NCBI GenBank assembly: GCA_003232185.1
Contig: QIMC01000189.1
Coordinates: 1-52,651 of the forward strand
Direction: 5' to 3'
Length of the DNA stretch: 52,651 nt
Origin: Flammeovirgaceae bacterium
GTDB lineage: Bacteria > Bacteroidota > Bacteroidia > Cytophagales > Cyclobacteriaceae
Below the pieces are notes generated by a model that had not been told where the DNA came from, searched no databases, and saw only the letters and a list, made by a program, of their open reading frames with translations. The position numbers were made by a program, and so were the translations under genes. Below are positions 11,396 through 22,747 of the stretch, piece after piece. Numbering within the stretch: the first letter of the stretch is position 1; each line of letters starts with the position of its first letter.

Positions 11396-11785
11396 TTATT
11401 TAGAATCATTTTTCTCTTCTTTTTCTTCCTGTGCTATTGCCTCTCGTAGATTGTCCACTACCAAAGTAACATGATTAGAACGCTTGCGTATGCGATGCGC
11501 ACGTCCTTGCGGTGCCGGGCGTAATCTTTTTAAGATTCGGGCACTGTCTACCTGAATTTCTTTAACGTACAAATCCGCCTCTTCTAACTTGATGTCTTCA
11601 TTCTTGGATTGCCAATTGGCTACTGCTGACAGTAGCAATTTTTCTAATCTAGCCGATCCGACCTTTGGCTCGAATTTTAGAATATTCAATGCCTTGTTTA
11701 CGGATTCACCGCGGATCATATCTGCTACTAACCTCATTTTTCGAGGTGAGGTAGGTACACTATTTAAACGAGCAACTGCTTCCAT
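11396..11785 (-). CDS. rplV: 50S ribosomal protein L22
   Basis: 129 aa, …[29 protein letters not shown]…. Confidence 0.96.
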   Translation of the reverse strand: MEAVARLNSVPTSPRKMRLVADMIRGESVNKALNILKFEPKVGSARLEKLLLSAVANWQSKNEDIKLEEADLYVKEIQVDSARILKRLRPAPQGRAHRIRKRSNHVTLVVDNLREAIAQEEKEEKNDSK

Positions 11786-11793
11786 AATCTCTG

Positions 11794-12072
11794 CTATCTT
11801 TTACCTCTATCTTTTTTAGCTATATGACCTCTAAAATTCCGGGTAGGCGCAAATTCTCCTAGTTTGTGTCCCACCATATTCTCAGTCACATATACCGGAA
11901 TGAATTTATTACCGTTGTGAACGGCAAATGTGTGTCCAACAAAATCCGGTGATATCATGGACCTTCTTGACCAGGTTTTAATAACGGATTTTTTGCCAGA
12001 GTCATTCAAAACATCCACCTTCTTCTCCAATCGGAAGTCGATATATGGCCCTTTTTTTAGTGATCTTCCCAT
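11794..12072 (-). CDS. rpsS: 30S ribosomal protein S19
   Basis: 92 aa, [15 protein letters not shown]…[16 protein letters not shown]. Confidence 0.98.
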   Translation of the reverse strand: MGRSLKKGPYIDFRLEKKVDVLNDSGKKSVIKTWSRRSMISPDFVGHTFAVHNGNKFIPVYVTENMVGHKLGEFAPTRNFRGHIAKKDRGKR

Positions 12073-12085
12073 TGCTACCTGTGAC

Positions 12086-12901
12086 TTATCTGCTTATAAT
12101 AAATTTATTGCTGTATTTCTTCTTGGCTCTGGTCTTAAACCCTTTTGCATATACACCATTGCGAGATCTTGGATGACCCCCGGAAGCTTTTCCTTCTCCT
12201 CCACCCATTGGATGATCTACAGGATTCATGGCCACACCCCTAACTCGAGGTCTTCGTCCCAACCACCTGTTTCTTCCCGCTTTCCCAAGGACTACATTCA
12301 TGTGTTCAGCATTGGATACACTTCCAACGGTTACCATGCAGGTGGTTAACACCATCCTCATTTCACCGGAAGGAAGCTTTAGCGTGGCATATTTTCCATC
12401 CTTTGCTAAAAGCTGAGCATAGGTTCCAGCACTGCGTGCCATCGCTGCTCCTTTACCTGGCTTAAGCTCAATATTGTGTACAATGGTACCCAATGGCAAA
12501 TTGGATAACGGCAATGCATTTCCAACCTCGGGAGCAACATGCTCACCGGAGATCACAGTTTGACCTACCTTGAGTCCTTCTGGGGAGATAATATAAGACT
12601 TAGCACCATCCGCATAGTATAACAATGCAATCCTGGCAGAGCGCATAGGATCATACTCTATAGATTTTACAGTAGCCGGTATATCGAATTTCTTCCTTTT
12701 GAAATCGATTTCCCTCATTCTCTTCTTATGACCTCCACCAAGATAGCGCATGGTCATCCTTCCATCATTATTTCTACCGCCAGATCTCTTTACCCCTTTT
12801 AGCAGTGATTTCTCAGGTTTGTCAGTTGTTAACTCAGCAAAACTGGGTGCCATTCTGTGTCGCTGCCCTGGTGTTATTGGCCTTAATTTTTTAACTGCCA
12901 T
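12086..12901 (-). CDS. rplB: 50S ribosomal protein L2
   Basis: 271 aa, [15 protein letters not shown]…[14 protein letters not shown]…. Confidence 0.98.
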   Translation of the reverse strand: MAVKKLRPITPGQRHRMAPSFAELTTDKPEKSLLKGVKRSGGRNNDGRMTMRYLGGGHKKRMREIDFKRKKFDIPATVKSIEYDPMRSARIALLYYADGAKSYIISPEGLKVGQTVISGEHVAPEVGNALPLSNLPLGTIVHNIELKPGKGAAMARSAGTYAQLLAKDGKYATLKLPSGEMRMVLTTCMVTVGSVSNAEHMNVVLGKAGRNRWLGRRPRVRGVAMNPVDHPMGGGEGKASGGHPRSRNGVYAKGFKTRAKKKYSNKFIISR

Positions 12902-12920
12902 CTCGTTTTAACCTATAGAA

Positions 12921-13208
12921 TTAAATACCACTGTAAAAATCTATCACCTCGCCATCAGCTACTTTTACTATGGCTTTTTTATAAGATGCCGTTCGCCCGG
13001 ATATCATTCCTGATTTGGTTTGTCGGGATTTCTTTTTTCCCGGGTACCTCATAGTATTGACATCTTCGACGGTCACTCCGTACATGGCTTCTACTGCCTG
13101 CTTGATTTGTATCTTATTAGCATTTCGAGCTACAATAAATCCATAGCGTCCCTCCTCATTCAAGGCTGATATTTTCTCCGTTACCAATGGCTTGACTAAT
13201 ACACTCAT
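12921..13208 (-). CDS. rplW: 50S ribosomal protein L23
   Basis: 95 aa, …KPLVTEKISALNEEGRYGFIV…. Position between rplD and rplB. Confidence 0.95.
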   Translation of the reverse strand: MSVLVKPLVTEKISALNEEGRYGFIVARNANKIQIKQAVEAMYGVTVEDVNTMRYPGKKKSRQTKSGMISGRTASYKKAIVKVADGEVIDFYSGI

Positions 13209-13211
13209 GGT

Positions 13212-13838
13212 TTACTTTAGTAAATTCTCAATTTTTTCTACCGAACTCTCACTGATTAGCAAACGTTCTGCATGCAATAGATCATAAGTATGTAATGAAT
13301 CTACTGTTGTGACCTTTGCCTTGGGCAGATTCCGGCTGGATAACCAAATATTTTTATCTGCACTTGGCAATACCAGCAATGTCTTTTTGTCATCAAGCGC
13401 TAAAGACTTCAATATTTTCAAATAATCTTGAGTCCTAGGTGCTTCTAAATTAAAGTCTTCCAAAACCATAATCCCTTCTTCTTTAGACTTGTAACTCAAT
13501 GCTGATTTCCTTGCTAACACCTTTAGCTTTCTGTTGAGTTTGAATCTATAGTCTCTGGGCCTTGGGCCAAAAGCGCGTCCTCCACCTCTAAATATTGGGG
13601 ATTTAATACTACCAGCCCTGGCGGTACCTGTTCCTTTTTGTCTTTTTATCTTGCGGGTTGAACCTGAAATTTCAGCACGCTCTTTTGACTTGTGGGTTCC
13701 CTGTCTTTGATTTGCCAAATATTGCTTTACATCCAGATATATGGCATGATCATTTGGCTCGATGGCAAATATCTCATCAATTAGCTCAACCTTCTTCTTG
13801 GTCTTCTTACCACTATTTTGATATACAGTAACTTTCAT
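13212..13838 (-). CDS. rplD: 50S ribosomal protein L4
   Basis: 208 aa, …KRQKGTGTARAGSIKSPIFRGGGRAFGPRPRDY…. Confidence 0.97.
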   Translation of the reverse strand: MKVTVYQNSGKKTKKKVELIDEIFAIEPNDHAIYLDVKQYLANQRQGTHKSKERAEISGSTRKIKRQKGTGTARAGSIKSPIFRGGGRAFGPRPRDYRFKLNRKLKVLARKSALSYKSKEEGIMVLEDFNLEAPRTQDYLKILKSLALDDKKTLLVLPSADKNIWLSSRNLPKAKVTTVDSLHTYDLLHAERLLISESSVEKIENLLK

Positions 13839-13840
13839 GA

Positions 13841-14473
13841 TTACTTCTCCAATATAACTAATGAGTTTTTGGCACCGGGAACTGCTCCACTAACCAAAAT
13901 CAAATTTTGATCTTCAATTATCTTTATCACCTTTAGGTTGAGCACCTTTACCCGATCTCCTCCCATTCTGCCAGCCATCTTCATACCTTTAAATACCCTT
14001 GCTGGATAAGATGCTGCTCCAATTGAACCAGGTGCTCTTTCTCTATTGTGCTGACCATGGGTAGCGTCTCCTACACCTGCAAAATTGTGCCTTTTTACTA
14101 CTCCTTGAAATCCCTTTCCCTTAGAGGTTCCAACGGCATCAATGAAATCACCCTCTTTGAAGATGTTCTCTATTTTGATGGTTTGACCCAGGGACAACGC
14201 TCCATCAAACTGCTCTTCGAAATCCCGAAACTCTATTAGCTTCTTTTTGGGAGTGGTTTTCGACTTACCAAAATGACCTTTCAAGGCCTTTGAGGTATGT
14301 TTATCCTTCTTTTCTCCCCATCCCAACTGTACCGAATTGTACCCGTCTGTTTCTTCAGTTTTGATCTGTGTAACTACACAAGGGCCCGCTTCAATCAAGG
14401 TACAAGGAGTGTTGAGTCCTCGTTCATCAAAGACGGCGGTCATTCCAATTTTTTTACCAATTATACCAGACAT
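13841..14473 (-). CDS. rplC: 50S ribosomal protein L3
   Basis: 210 aa, [19 protein letters not shown]…[15 protein letters not shown]…. Confidence 0.97.
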   Translation of the reverse strand: MSGIIGKKIGMTAVFDERGLNTPCTLIEAGPCVVTQIKTEETDGYNSVQLGWGEKKDKHTSKALKGHFGKSKTTPKKKLIEFRDFEEQFDGALSLGQTIKIENIFKEGDFIDAVGTSKGKGFQGVVKRHNFAGVGDATHGQHNRERAPGSIGAASYPARVFKGMKMAGRMGGDRVKVLNLKVIKIIEDQNLILVSGAVPGAKNSLVILEK

Positions 14474-14523
14474 TTTTTTCTCTTTACGACTATCTTTTCA
14501 GGTTCAATTTCGGCAAAGGACTG

Positions 14524-14553
14524 CAAAGATAGCAAATAATTAAACGTAACCAA
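14524..14553 (-). promoter_or_regulatory. Bacteroidota-type sigma-A promoter for the rplC operon: TTG-N19-TATCTTTG(CA)
   Basis: The minus strand reads CCTTTG-GTTACGTTTAATTATTTGC-TATCTTTGCA, with the 19-nt spacer counted by hand. It sits about 50 nt upstream of the rplC ATG and immediately after the rpsJ terminator. Confidence 0.6.
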
Positions 14554-14560
14554 AGGTCAT

Positions 14561-14617
14561 TTTTTCAAAAACCAAAAAATAAGAACCAATGAATTTATGG
14601 TATTGGTTCTTATTTTT
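14561..14617 (-). terminator. Intrinsic terminator downstream of rpsJ: a perfect 16-bp stem and 11-nt loop followed by a U-run
   Basis: The arms 14575-14590 (AAAAATAAGAACCAAT) and 14602-14617 (ATTGGTTCTTATTTTT) are exact reverse complements. On the minus strand the stem is followed by UGGUUUUUG. The A-tract on the other side makes it potentially bidirectional. Confidence 0.7.
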
Positions 14618-14632
14618 GGCGTCAAATATTTA

Positions 14633-14938
14633 TTACACTTTAATCTCTACGTCAACTCCACTTGGCAGCTCCAGTTTCATAAGGGCATCTACTGTTTTAG
14701 TGCTATTGGAATAAATATCAACCAATCGCTTGTAGGTACACAATTGAAACTGCTCACGTGATTTCTTGTTTACGTGAGGAGATCTCAGAACTGTAAATTT
14801 TTCCTTTTCTGTAGGCAACGGTATAGGTCCGCTTACAACAGCACCGGTGGATTTTACTGCACGTACGATCTTTTCTGAGGACTTATCCACCAGATTATGG
14901 TCGTAAGATTTAAGTTTAATTCTAATTTTTTGATTCAT
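14633..14938 (-). CDS. rpsJ: 30S ribosomal protein S10
   Basis: 101 aa, [25 protein letters not shown]…. Confidence 0.98.
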   Translation of the reverse strand: MNQKIRIKLKSYDHNLVDKSSEKIVRAVKSTGAVVSGPIPLPTEKEKFTVLRSPHVNKKSREQFQLCTYKRLVDIYSNSTKTVDALMKLELPSGVDVEIKV

Positions 14939-14945
14939 AATAATG

Positions 14946-17075
14946 TTAGTTAACAGCAGCTCCCTTCACTTTCTCGATAATCCCCTCTGCCAAATTCGTT
15001 GGCACAGGATCGTAATGTGAAAAAGTCAAAGTTGCCGAAGCCCGACCTGATGATATAGTTCTTAGATCTGTGACGTAGCCAAACAATTCTGATAATGGCA
15101 CATTTGCTTTGATGATTTGAGCTCCTCCCTTGGTATCCATACCTTTCATTAGTCCACGCCGTTTGTTCAAGTCACCTGTGACTGGTCCGGTATATTCATC
15201 TGGTGATACCACTTCTACCGACATAATTGGTTCTAGTAATCGAGGTGCTGCTTTCTTAGCTGCCACCCTAAAAGCAATTCTGGCTGCCAGCTCAAATGAC
15301 AAACTATCGGAATCCACATCATGGAAGGATCCGTGAAACAATTTCACGTACATAGATTCTATTGGGTATCCAGCCAAAGGGCCGTTTTTCATGGCCAGCT
15401 CAAAACCTTTTTGAACGCTGGGAATAAATTCCCTTGGTATTGCACCACCTACAATTTTATTTTCAAATTCCAGACCTTCTTTTTCGTCATCTCTAGGGCC
15501 CATATTGAACACAATATCAGCAAACTTACCGCGACCACCCGTTTGCTTTTTGTAAATCTCCCGATGCTCAATCATCTTGGTAAGGCATTCTTTGTAAGCA
15601 ACCTGTGGAGCTCCCTGGTTGATCTCAACCTTAAACTCCCGTTTTAGACGGTCAATTATGATCTCCAGGTGTAACTCTCCCATGCCGCGCAGTATGGTCT
15701 GTCCGGTTTCGTGGTCAGTCTGCACCTTCAAGGTGGGGTCTTCTTCTACTAACTTTGAAATGGCTACGCCTAATTTGTCCACATCGGCCTGGGCTTTTGG
15801 TTCGATGGCATAACCTATTACAGGTTCTGGAAATGACATAGATTCCAAAACTACCGGTGATTTCTCATCAACCAAGGTATCTCCTGTTTTAATATTTTTA
15901 AAGCCAACCCCTGCACATATATCTCCTGCTTCCACAAAATCAATCGGGTTTTGTTTATTGGAGTGCATCTGCATTAAACGTGAGATCCTTTCTTTCTTAT
16001 TGGTCCTCATATTTAATACATAACTTCCGGCCTTTAGCTTTCCTGAATACACCCTGAAAAAGCACAGTCTCCCTACGAAGGGATCAGTAGCAATTTTAAA
16101 AGCTAAGGCGGAGAATGGTTCATCCGCATCTGCCTTCCTCATCACAGTCTCTTCAGTCTGAGGGTTGATGCCTTCCACCGGGGGAAGATCCACCGGAGAT
16201 GGCAAATAAGCACAGACTGCATCCAATACCGCTTGCACACCCTTATTCTTAAATGCTGACCCACAAAGTACCGGAGAGAAAGACATATCAATTACAGCCT
16301 TTCTGATGGCTGCCATCATCTCTTCTTTGGTAATTGAATCCGGATCCTCAAAAAACTTCTCAAGCAGCACATCGTCATAGTCAGCGACACTCTCCACTAG
16401 TTTCTGCCTCCATTCAGCTACCACCTCAATCAGGTCATCGGGAATGGCAACCACCTTATAGGTCATGCCTTTATCTTCTTCATTCCAAACAATAGCCTGA
16501 TTGGTGATTAGGTCAACTACACCGGTAAAATCTTCTTCTGATCCTATAGGCACCTGTAGGGGCACCGGGTTAGCGCCTAGTTTTTCTTTGATCTCTTTAA
16601 CCACATTAAAGAAATCAGCTCCTGACCGGTCCATTTTGTTTACAAAACATATCCTGGGTACCACATACTTATCGGCCTGACGCCATACCGTCTCTGATTG
16701 AGGCTCTACCCCAGATACTGCACAAAACAATGCAACTGCACCATCCAGCACTCTTAAAGAGCGTTCCACTTCTACAGTGAAATCTACGTGGCCTGGAGTA
16801 TCAATAATATTTATCAGGTATTCATTGGTTTGGTCTGTTGGCTGACCTTGACTGGTAGGGTAATTCCAAAAAGTGGTAGTGGCCGCACTGGTAATAGTAA
16901 TGCCTCTCTCCTGTTCCTGCTCCATCCAATCCATGGTGGCTGCACCATCATGCACCTCTCCTATCTTATGACTGATTCCTGTATAATATAGAATTCTTTC
17001 CGTAGTGGTTGTTTTACCGGCATCGATATGAGCCATGATCCCGATATTTCTCAAATATTTTAAATTCTTTGCCAT
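14946..17075 (-). CDS. fusA: Elongation factor G
   Basis: 709 aa, …[24 protein letters not shown]…, with the full five-domain length. Confidence 0.98.
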   Translation of the reverse strand: MAKNLKYLRNIGIMAHIDAGKTTTTERILYYTGISHKIGEVHDGAATMDWMEQEQERGITITSAATTTFWNYPTSQGQPTDQTNEYLINIIDTPGHVDFTVEVERSLRVLDGAVALFCAVSGVEPQSETVWRQADKYVVPRICFVNKMDRSGADFFNVVKEIKEKLGANPVPLQVPIGSEEDFTGVVDLITNQAIVWNEEDKGMTYKVVAIPDDLIEVVAEWRQKLVESVADYDDVLLEKFFEDPDSITKEEMMAAIRKAVIDMSFSPVLCGSAFKNKGVQAVLDAVCAYLPSPVDLPPVEGINPQTEETVMRKADADEPFSALAFKIATDPFVGRLCFFRVYSGKLKAGSYVLNMRTNKKERISRLMQMHSNKQNPIDFVEAGDICAGVGFKNIKTGDTLVDEKSPVVLESMSFPEPVIGYAIEPKAQADVDKLGVAISKLVEEDPTLKVQTDHETGQTILRGMGELHLEIIIDRLKREFKVEINQGAPQVAYKECLTKMIEHREIYKKQTGGRGKFADIVFNMGPRDDEKEGLEFENKIVGGAIPREFIPSVQKGFELAMKNGPLAGYPIESMYVKLFHGSFHDVDSDSLSFELAARIAFRVAAKKAAPRLLEPIMSVEVVSPDEYTGPVTGDLNKRRGLMKGMDTKGGAQIIKANVPLSELFGYVTDLRTISSGRASATLTFSHYDPVPTNLAEGIIEKVKGAAVN

Positions 17076-17089
17076 TGGTATGGTAAATA

Positions 17090-17557
17090 CTAAAACCTAA
17101 AATGAGAAAATGCTCTGTTTGCTTCTGCCATACGATGGGTATCATCTTTCTTCTTTATAGCAGAGCCTTCTCCTTTACTGGCCGCAATTATTTCAGCTGC
17201 CAACCTTTCTTTCATGGTATTCTCACCACGCGCACGAGAGAAACGTATCAGCCACTTAATTCCCAAAGAAGTTTTCCTTCCGGGCCGCACCTCTAATGGT
17301 ACTTGAAAAGTTGCTCCACCAACCCTACGACTTTTTACCTCTACTGAGGGCATGACATTATTTAGGGCTTTTTTCCATGTTTCTAAGCCATCTTCTTTGG
17401 TCTTATTCTCTACCAATTCAATAGCATTGTAAAAAATATTATAAGCTATAGATTTTTTGCCATCCACCATTAGGTAGTTCACAAACTTAGTTACTAGCTC
17501 GTCCTTGAATTTTGGATCGGGTAAAACGTATCTTTTCTTAGGTTTAGATTTTCTCAT
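17090..17557 (-). CDS. rpsG: 30S ribosomal protein S7
   Basis: 155 aa, [27 protein letters not shown]…. Confidence 0.98.
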   Translation of the reverse strand: MRKSKPKKRYVLPDPKFKDELVTKFVNYLMVDGKKSIAYNIFYNAIELVENKTKEDGLETWKKALNNVMPSVEVKSRRVGGATFQVPLEVRPGRKTSLGIKWLIRFSRARGENTMKERLAAEIIAASKGEGSAIKKKDDTHRMAEANRAFSHFRF

Positions 17558-17563
17558 TTCAAT

Positions 17564-17938
17564 TTATTTTTTGGGCTTCTTAGCACCATATTTTGACCTT
17601 CGCTGTGTTCTACCACTTACTCCGGCAGTATCCAATGCTCCTCTTATGATGTGATACCGTACACCTGGAAGATCTTTTACCCTTCCTCCTCTAATTAACA
17701 CAATTGAGTGTTCCTGTAAATTGTGACCCTCTCCAGGAATATAGGCATTCACTTCCTTACCATTGGTCAAACGAACCCTCGCCACCTTTCGCATGGCGGA
17801 ATTAGGCTTCTTAGGTGTGGTTGTATAAACCCTGGTGCAAACTCCTCTGCGTTGTGGACAGGAGTCCAAAGCAGGTGATTTTGATTTGGAGGTGAGTTTT
17901 TTCCTTCCTTTTCTGACTAATTGCTGTATAGTAGGCAT
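17564..17938 (-). CDS. rpsL: 30S ribosomal protein S12
   Basis: 124 aa, [14 protein letters not shown]…[20 protein letters not shown]…. Confidence 0.98.
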   Translation of the reverse strand: MPTIQQLVRKGRKKLTSKSKSPALDSCPQRRGVCTRVYTTTPKKPNSAMRKVARVRLTNGKEVNAYIPGEGHNLQEHSIVLIRGGRVKDLPGVRYHIIRGALDTAGVSGRTQRRSKYGAKKPKK

Positions 17939-17972
17939 CTAATTTTGTGCTTTTCCCTAAATTTTTGGAATG

Positions 17973-18002
17973 CAAAATTAGTCATTTCGATAAACTATAC
18001 AA
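17973..18002 (-). promoter_or_regulatory. Bacteroidota-type sigma-A promoter for rpsL-rpsG-fusA-rpsJ: TTG-N19-TAATTTTG(CA)
   Basis: The minus strand reads AGTTTG-TATAGTTTATCGAAATGAC-TAATTTTGCATTCC, with the 19-nt spacer counted by hand. It lies about 35 nt upstream of the rpsL ATG. Confidence 0.6.
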
Positions 18003-18061
18003 ACTATAACTATAAATAATAATCGTGATTTTTAAGGCTCCGTTGTGAAGGACTCCGATTG

Positions 18062-18385
18062 TTAAGCTTCACCAACGGTACCTCCAAAGTTTATGGGAAA
18101 CTTTGGAGCATCTTCTGATTGCTTGATATTCCCAAATGTTTGTTCATATTTATTAATATTGTCGCTTAATGCCTTCAATAATCGCTTGGCGTGTTCCGGA
18201 GTGATTACAATCCGGGACTTTACCTTTGCTTTGGGGACTCCTGGCATTAAGCGTATAAAATCTATTACAAACTCACTATTCGAGTGTGCAATCATGGCAA
18301 GGTTTGCGTATATGCCTTCAGCAACTTCTTCCGATAATTCAATATTGATTTGGTTCTTATTGGACTTATCTTGCTCTTCAGCCAT
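18062..18385 (-). CDS. Small conserved protein of unknown function, recalled as DUF3467-like
   Basis: 107 aa, …ELSEEVAEGIYANLAMIAHSNSEFVIDFIRLMPGVPKAKVKSRIVITPEHAKRL…. It starts 4 nt after the rpoC stop. The family assignment is from memory and needs an HMM check. Confidence 0.65.
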   Translation of the reverse strand: MAEEQDKSNKNQINIELSEEVAEGIYANLAMIAHSNSEFVIDFIRLMPGVPKAKVKSRIVITPEHAKRLLKALSDNINKYEQTFGNIKQSEDAPKFPINFGGTVGEA

Positions 18386-18389
18386 ACTA

Positions 18390-21300
18390 TTACAGTTGAT
18401 TGGTTTCTATCTCTGTCTTCTCATCGAATTCTTTTCGGGAAGATATCAGCGCATCATACTCTTCCTGAGAACCTACTATAAGGTCTTGGTACTCTCGTCT
18501 GCCAGTACCTGCTGGTATCAAGTGCCCAACGATAACATTCTCTTTCAGGCCGACGAGCTTATCAGATTTACCTCGAATACTTGCTTCACTAAGCACTTTG
18601 GTAGTTTCCTGGAAGGAAGCGGCAGAAATAAAACTTTCAGTTCCCAATGACGCCTGAGTGATTCCCTGTAAAGTTGGTTTGGATACTGCGGCTTGTGCGT
18701 CCCGTACTGAGACCAATTTTAAGTCTCTACGCTTAAGGCTACTATTTTCATCGCGCAGAGTACGTGATGAAATAATCTGACCTGATTTTAAATTCTCCGA
18801 AGCACCCGGATCCAGTACTACTTTTTTATCAAGTACAATATCGTTTTCTTCCCGGAAGAAAAACTTATCTACCACTTGATTAGGCAAGAACCCGGTATCC
18901 CCAGCATCCAGAATTTCTACTTTTTGCATCATCTGCTTAACGATTGTTTCAATATGTTTATCGTTAATTTTTACCCCTTGTAATCGATATACTTCCTGAA
19001 TTTCGTTTACAAGGTATTCCTGAACAGCGGTTGGGCCTTTAATTGAAAGAATGTCTTTAGGAGTTATCGCCCCGTCTGACAAAGCATATCCGGCTTTGAC
19101 AAAGTCATTGTCTTGAACCAGTATGTGTTTACTCAATGGCACCAGATATCTTTTCTTAATACCATCTTTGGATTCTATGAAAATTTCACGATTTCCTCTT
19201 TTTATGCCACCATAGGTAACCACACCATCTATTTCACTGACTACCGCAGGATTGGAAGGGTTCCTGGCCTCGAATAACTCCGTAACTCGTGGTAAACCTC
19301 CTGTTATATCCCGAGATTTTCCCATAGTTCTTGGGATTTTGGCAAGAATTTGTCCGGATTTAATGGAAGAGCCATCTTCAACTGCCAAATGAGCTCCTAC
19401 AGGAATATTGTAACTTTTGGTCTCACCTTTAGAGGGCTCAACCAGTATCGCAGGATTTTTTGATTTATCCTTGGTGTCTACGATCACTTTTTCCCGGTGA
19501 CCGGTTTGCTCATCCGATATTTCCCTGAAGGTGATGCCGTCTTCTATGGCTTCATAGCCAATCTTTCCGTTCATTTCGGATAAAATTACAGCGTTATAAG
19601 GATCCCAGTAACACAATTGGTCTCCCTTTTCAACTTTTGCGCCGTCCTTTATACTCAAAAATGCTCCATAAGGAACATGGTTAGTAACCAGTACTTTATT
19701 GGTTTTATCGTCCACGATCTTAATTTCCCCTGACCGGCCCATTACCACCACTACCTTTTCGTTGTCATTATTCGTCGTTTTTACTGAACGAAGTTCTTCA
19801 AATTCAATGGTCCCACCAAACTTGGCTACAATTCTAGCGTCAATTGCAATGTTAGATGCCGTACCTCCAACGTGGAAGGTTCTTAAAGTCAATTGAGTAC
19901 CTGGTTCACCGATTGACTGCGCAGCAATAACCCCTACTGCCTCGCCAATCTGTACCATCACTCCTGAAGCTAAATTTCTTCCATAACATTTAGCACAAAC
20001 TCCTTTTTTGGTTTCACAAGTCAATACCGATCTGATTTCAACATCTTCAATACTGGTCTCTTCTATGAGCGCCGCTAGTTCTTCGGTAATTTCATCTCCG
20101 GCATTAAGGAATAACTCCTCAGAAATTGGATCATAAATATCATGAATAGATACTCTTCCTAAGATACGTTCGCCCAGTGGTTCTACTATATCTTCATTGT
20201 CCTTTAAGGCAGACACTACCAATCCTCTCAGCGTACCACAGTCTTTTTCATTTACCACAACGTCCTGGGCCACATCCACCAAACGACGAGTCAAATAACC
20301 CGCATCAGCAGTTTTTAAGGCAGTATCAGCCAATCCTTTTCTGGCACCGTGTGTTGAAATAAAATACTCGATTACATCCAAACCTTCTTTGAAGTTAGAA
20401 AGAATAGGGTTTTCGATGATCTCACCCACTGAGCCTAACAAACTCTTTTGAGGTTTTGCCATAAGGCCTCGCATACCACCCAACTGTCTAATTTGCTCAC
20501 GGGAACCACGGGCTCCTGAGTGCATCATCATGTAAATAGAGTTAAATCCTTGCTGATCACCCTCAAGCTGATCCATCAATGTATGGGTCAACTGAGAATT
20601 AATCCTGGTCCAGATATCAATCACCTGGTTGTACCGTTCGTTATCTGTAATCAAGCCCATGAGGTAGTTGTTCCATACTACATCTACTTCCTCCTTGGCT
20701 TGTTTGACCAGTTTATCTTTTTCGTCTGGTATTTTAACATCATCAAGGCCCATAGATAGTCCGCCTTTATATGCAGACTGAAATCCAAGTTCTTTGATGT
20801 CGTCAAGGAATTTAGCTGTCCTGGCCACACCTGAAACCTTGTATACCTGGGAAATGATCTGTTGTAGTTTCTTCTTGGTAAGAAGCTCATTTACATACCC
20901 AACTTCTTCAGGAATAAATTGATTAAAAATAACCCGTCCTGCAACAGTTTCAATAATTTTTGTTTCCAAGCTGCCATCTGCAGTCCTTACCTGACTCCTT
21001 ACTTTTATAAAGGCGTGATTTGATAATTTGCCCTCATTTATGGCAATAACTACCTCCTGAGGACTGTAGAAAGTCATTCCTTCACCGTCAACTTTATTAT
21101 CATCGGTGCTCTTCCTTCCTTTTGTTACGTAGTACAATCCAAGTACCATGTCCTGAGACGGTACGGTAATTGGCGCCCCGTTTGCTGGGTTTAGAATATT
21201 GTGTGAAGAAAGCATCAACAATGAGGCTTCCACAATGGCCTCATGTCCCAAGGGAACATGCACAGCCATCTGGTCACCATCAAAATCCGCATTAAATGCA

Positions 21301-22706
21301 GTACATACCAGAGGGTGAAGCTGAATGGCTTTTCCCTCTATCAATTTTGGTTGGAAAGATTGAATACCCAAGCGATGTAAGGTAGGAGCACGGTTAAGCA
21401 ATACCGGGTGCCCTTTTAGTACATTCTCTAAAATATCCCAAACTACCGGATCTTTTCGATCCACAATTTTTTTAGCAGATTTTACTGTTTTAACAATCCC
21501 TCGCTCAATGAGTTTGCGAATAATAAATGGCTTGAACAGCTCTGCTGCCATGTCCTTGGGAAGCCCACATTCATGCAACTTCAATTCAGGGCCTACTACT
21601 ATTACTGACCTTCCTGAATAGTCAACTCTTTTTCCTAAGAGGTTTTGACGGAACCGACCCTGCTTACCTTTCAGCATATCACTCAAAGACTTCAGTGCTC
21701 TATTACCATCTGATCGTACTGCGTTTACTTTTCGTGAGTTGTCAAAAAGAGAATCTACAGCTTCCTGTAACATCCGCTTCTCATTCCTTAAAATAACTTC
21801 AGGAGCCTTGATATCGATTAGGCGTTTAAGTCGATTATTTCTAATAATAACTCGTCTATAAAGATCATTTAGATCAGAGGTGGCAAATCTTCCGCCATCA
21901 AGGGGCACCAAAGGACGAAGTTCCGGGGGAATAACCGGCACCATTTTAATAATCATCCATTCAGGTCGATTTTCGATGCGATTACGCGAATCTCTGAAAG
22001 CTTCTACCACTTTCAGCCTCTTCAATGCTTCTGCTTTCCGCTGCTGCGAGGTATCTGTAGCCGCCTGATCCCGCAACTGATAAGATAGGGCGTCCAGATC
22101 AATCCGAGCCAACACCATTTCCAATGATTCCGCACCCATTTTGGCAATGAACTTATTCGGGTCATCATCATCCAACATCTGATTCTCCCGGGGCATTTTA
22201 TCAATTATATCCAGGTATTCATCTTCAGTAAGAAAATCCAGATAATTTATCCCATCCTCTTCTTTGATACCTGGCTGAATTACCAAGAATCTTTCATAAT
22301 ATATGATTTGATCCAACTTCTTAGTCGGAAGACCCAGAAGGTACCCGATTTTATTGGGTAGTGATCTGAAATACCAGATATGTGCCACGGGAACTACCAA
22401 TTCGATATGGCCCATTCTTTCCCGTCGTACCTTTTTCTCAGTTACCTCTACACCACAGCGATCACAAATAATACCCTTGTATCGTATTCGCTTGTATTTA
22501 CCACAATGACATTCCCAGTCCTTTACCGGTCCAAAAATTCGCTCGCAAAACAAACCTCCCATTTCTGGCTTATAAGTACGATAATTAATGGTTTCAGGCT
22601 GTGTCACTTCCCCATGCGAACTCTCCAGTATTGATTCCGGAGAAGCAAGGCTAATAGTAACCTTGGTGAAGTCATTGTTGAATTTTTTGCTTTTTCTAAA
22701 TGCCAT
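18390..22706 (-). CDS. rpoC: DNA-directed RNA polymerase subunit beta'
   Basis: 1438 aa with the zinc motif [23 protein letters not shown] and catalytic [12 protein letters not shown]. Confidence 0.99.
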   Translation of the reverse strand: MAFRKSKKFNNDFTKVTISLASPESILESSHGEVTQPETINYRTYKPEMGGLFCERIFGPVKDWECHCGKYKRIRYKGIICDRCGVEVTEKKVRRERMGHIELVVPVAHIWYFRSLPNKIGYLLGLPTKKLDQIIYYERFLVIQPGIKEEDGINYLDFLTEDEYLDIIDKMPRENQMLDDDDPNKFIAKMGAESLEMVLARIDLDALSYQLRDQAATDTSQQRKAEALKRLKVVEAFRDSRNRIENRPEWMIIKMVPVIPPELRPLVPLDGGRFATSDLNDLYRRVIIRNNRLKRLIDIKAPEVILRNEKRMLQEAVDSLFDNSRKVNAVRSDGNRALKSLSDMLKGKQGRFRQNLLGKRVDYSGRSVIVVGPELKLHECGLPKDMAAELFKPFIIRKLIERGIVKTVKSAKKIVDRKDPVVWDILENVLKGHPVLLNRAPTLHRLGIQSFQPKLIEGKAIQLHPLVCTAFNADFDGDQMAVHVPLGHEAIVEASLLMLSSHNILNPANGAPITVPSQDMVLGLYYVTKGRKSTDDNKVDGEGMTFYSPQEVVIAINEGKLSNHAFIKVRSQVRTADGSLETKIIETVAGRVIFNQFIPEEVGYVNELLTKKKLQQIISQVYKVSGVARTAKFLDDIKELGFQSAYKGGLSMGLDDVKIPDEKDKLVKQAKEEVDVVWNNYLMGLITDNERYNQVIDIWTRINSQLTHTLMDQLEGDQQGFNSIYMMMHSGARGSREQIRQLGGMRGLMAKPQKSLLGSVGEIIENPILSNFKEGLDVIEYFISTHGARKGLADTALKTADAGYLTRRLVDVAQDVVVNEKDCGTLRGLVVSALKDNEDIVEPLGERILGRVSIHDIYDPISEELFLNAGDEITEELAALIEETSIEDVEIRSVLTCETKKGVCAKCYGRNLASGVMVQIGEAVGVIAAQSIGEPGTQLTLRTFHVGGTASNIAIDARIVAKFGGTIEFEELRSVKTTNNDNEKVVVVMGRSGEIKIVDDKTNKVLVTNHVPYGAFLSIKDGAKVEKGDQLCYWDPYNAVILSEMNGKIGYEAIEDGITFREISDEQTGHREKVIVDTKDKSKNPAILVEPSKGETKSYNIPVGAHLAVEDGSSIKSGQILAKIPRTMGKSRDITGGLPRVTELFEARNPSNPAVVSEIDGVVTYGGIKRGNREIFIESKDGIKKRYLVPLSKHILVQDNDFVKAGYALSDGAITPKDILSIKGPTAVQEYLVNEIQEVYRLQGVKINDKHIETIVKQMMQKVEILDAGDTGFLPNQVVDKFFFREENDIVLDKKVVLDPGASENLKSGQIISSRTLRDENSSLKRRDLKLVSVRDAQAAVSKPTLQGITQASLGTESFISAASFQETTKVLSEASIRGKSDKLVGLKENVIVGHLIPAGTGRREYQDLIVGSQEEYDALISSRKEFDEKTEIETNQL

Positions 22707-22747
22707 AATTAAATGATCAAGATTTATAAGATCAGGAGGTTATTCTA

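Noticed and set aside
18093-18650. 185-aa plus-strand ORF
   Set aside because: It is antisense to the DUF3467-like gene and the rpoC 3' end. Its composition is low-complexity and Leu/Ser/Phe-rich, typical of antisense frames in AT-rich genes.
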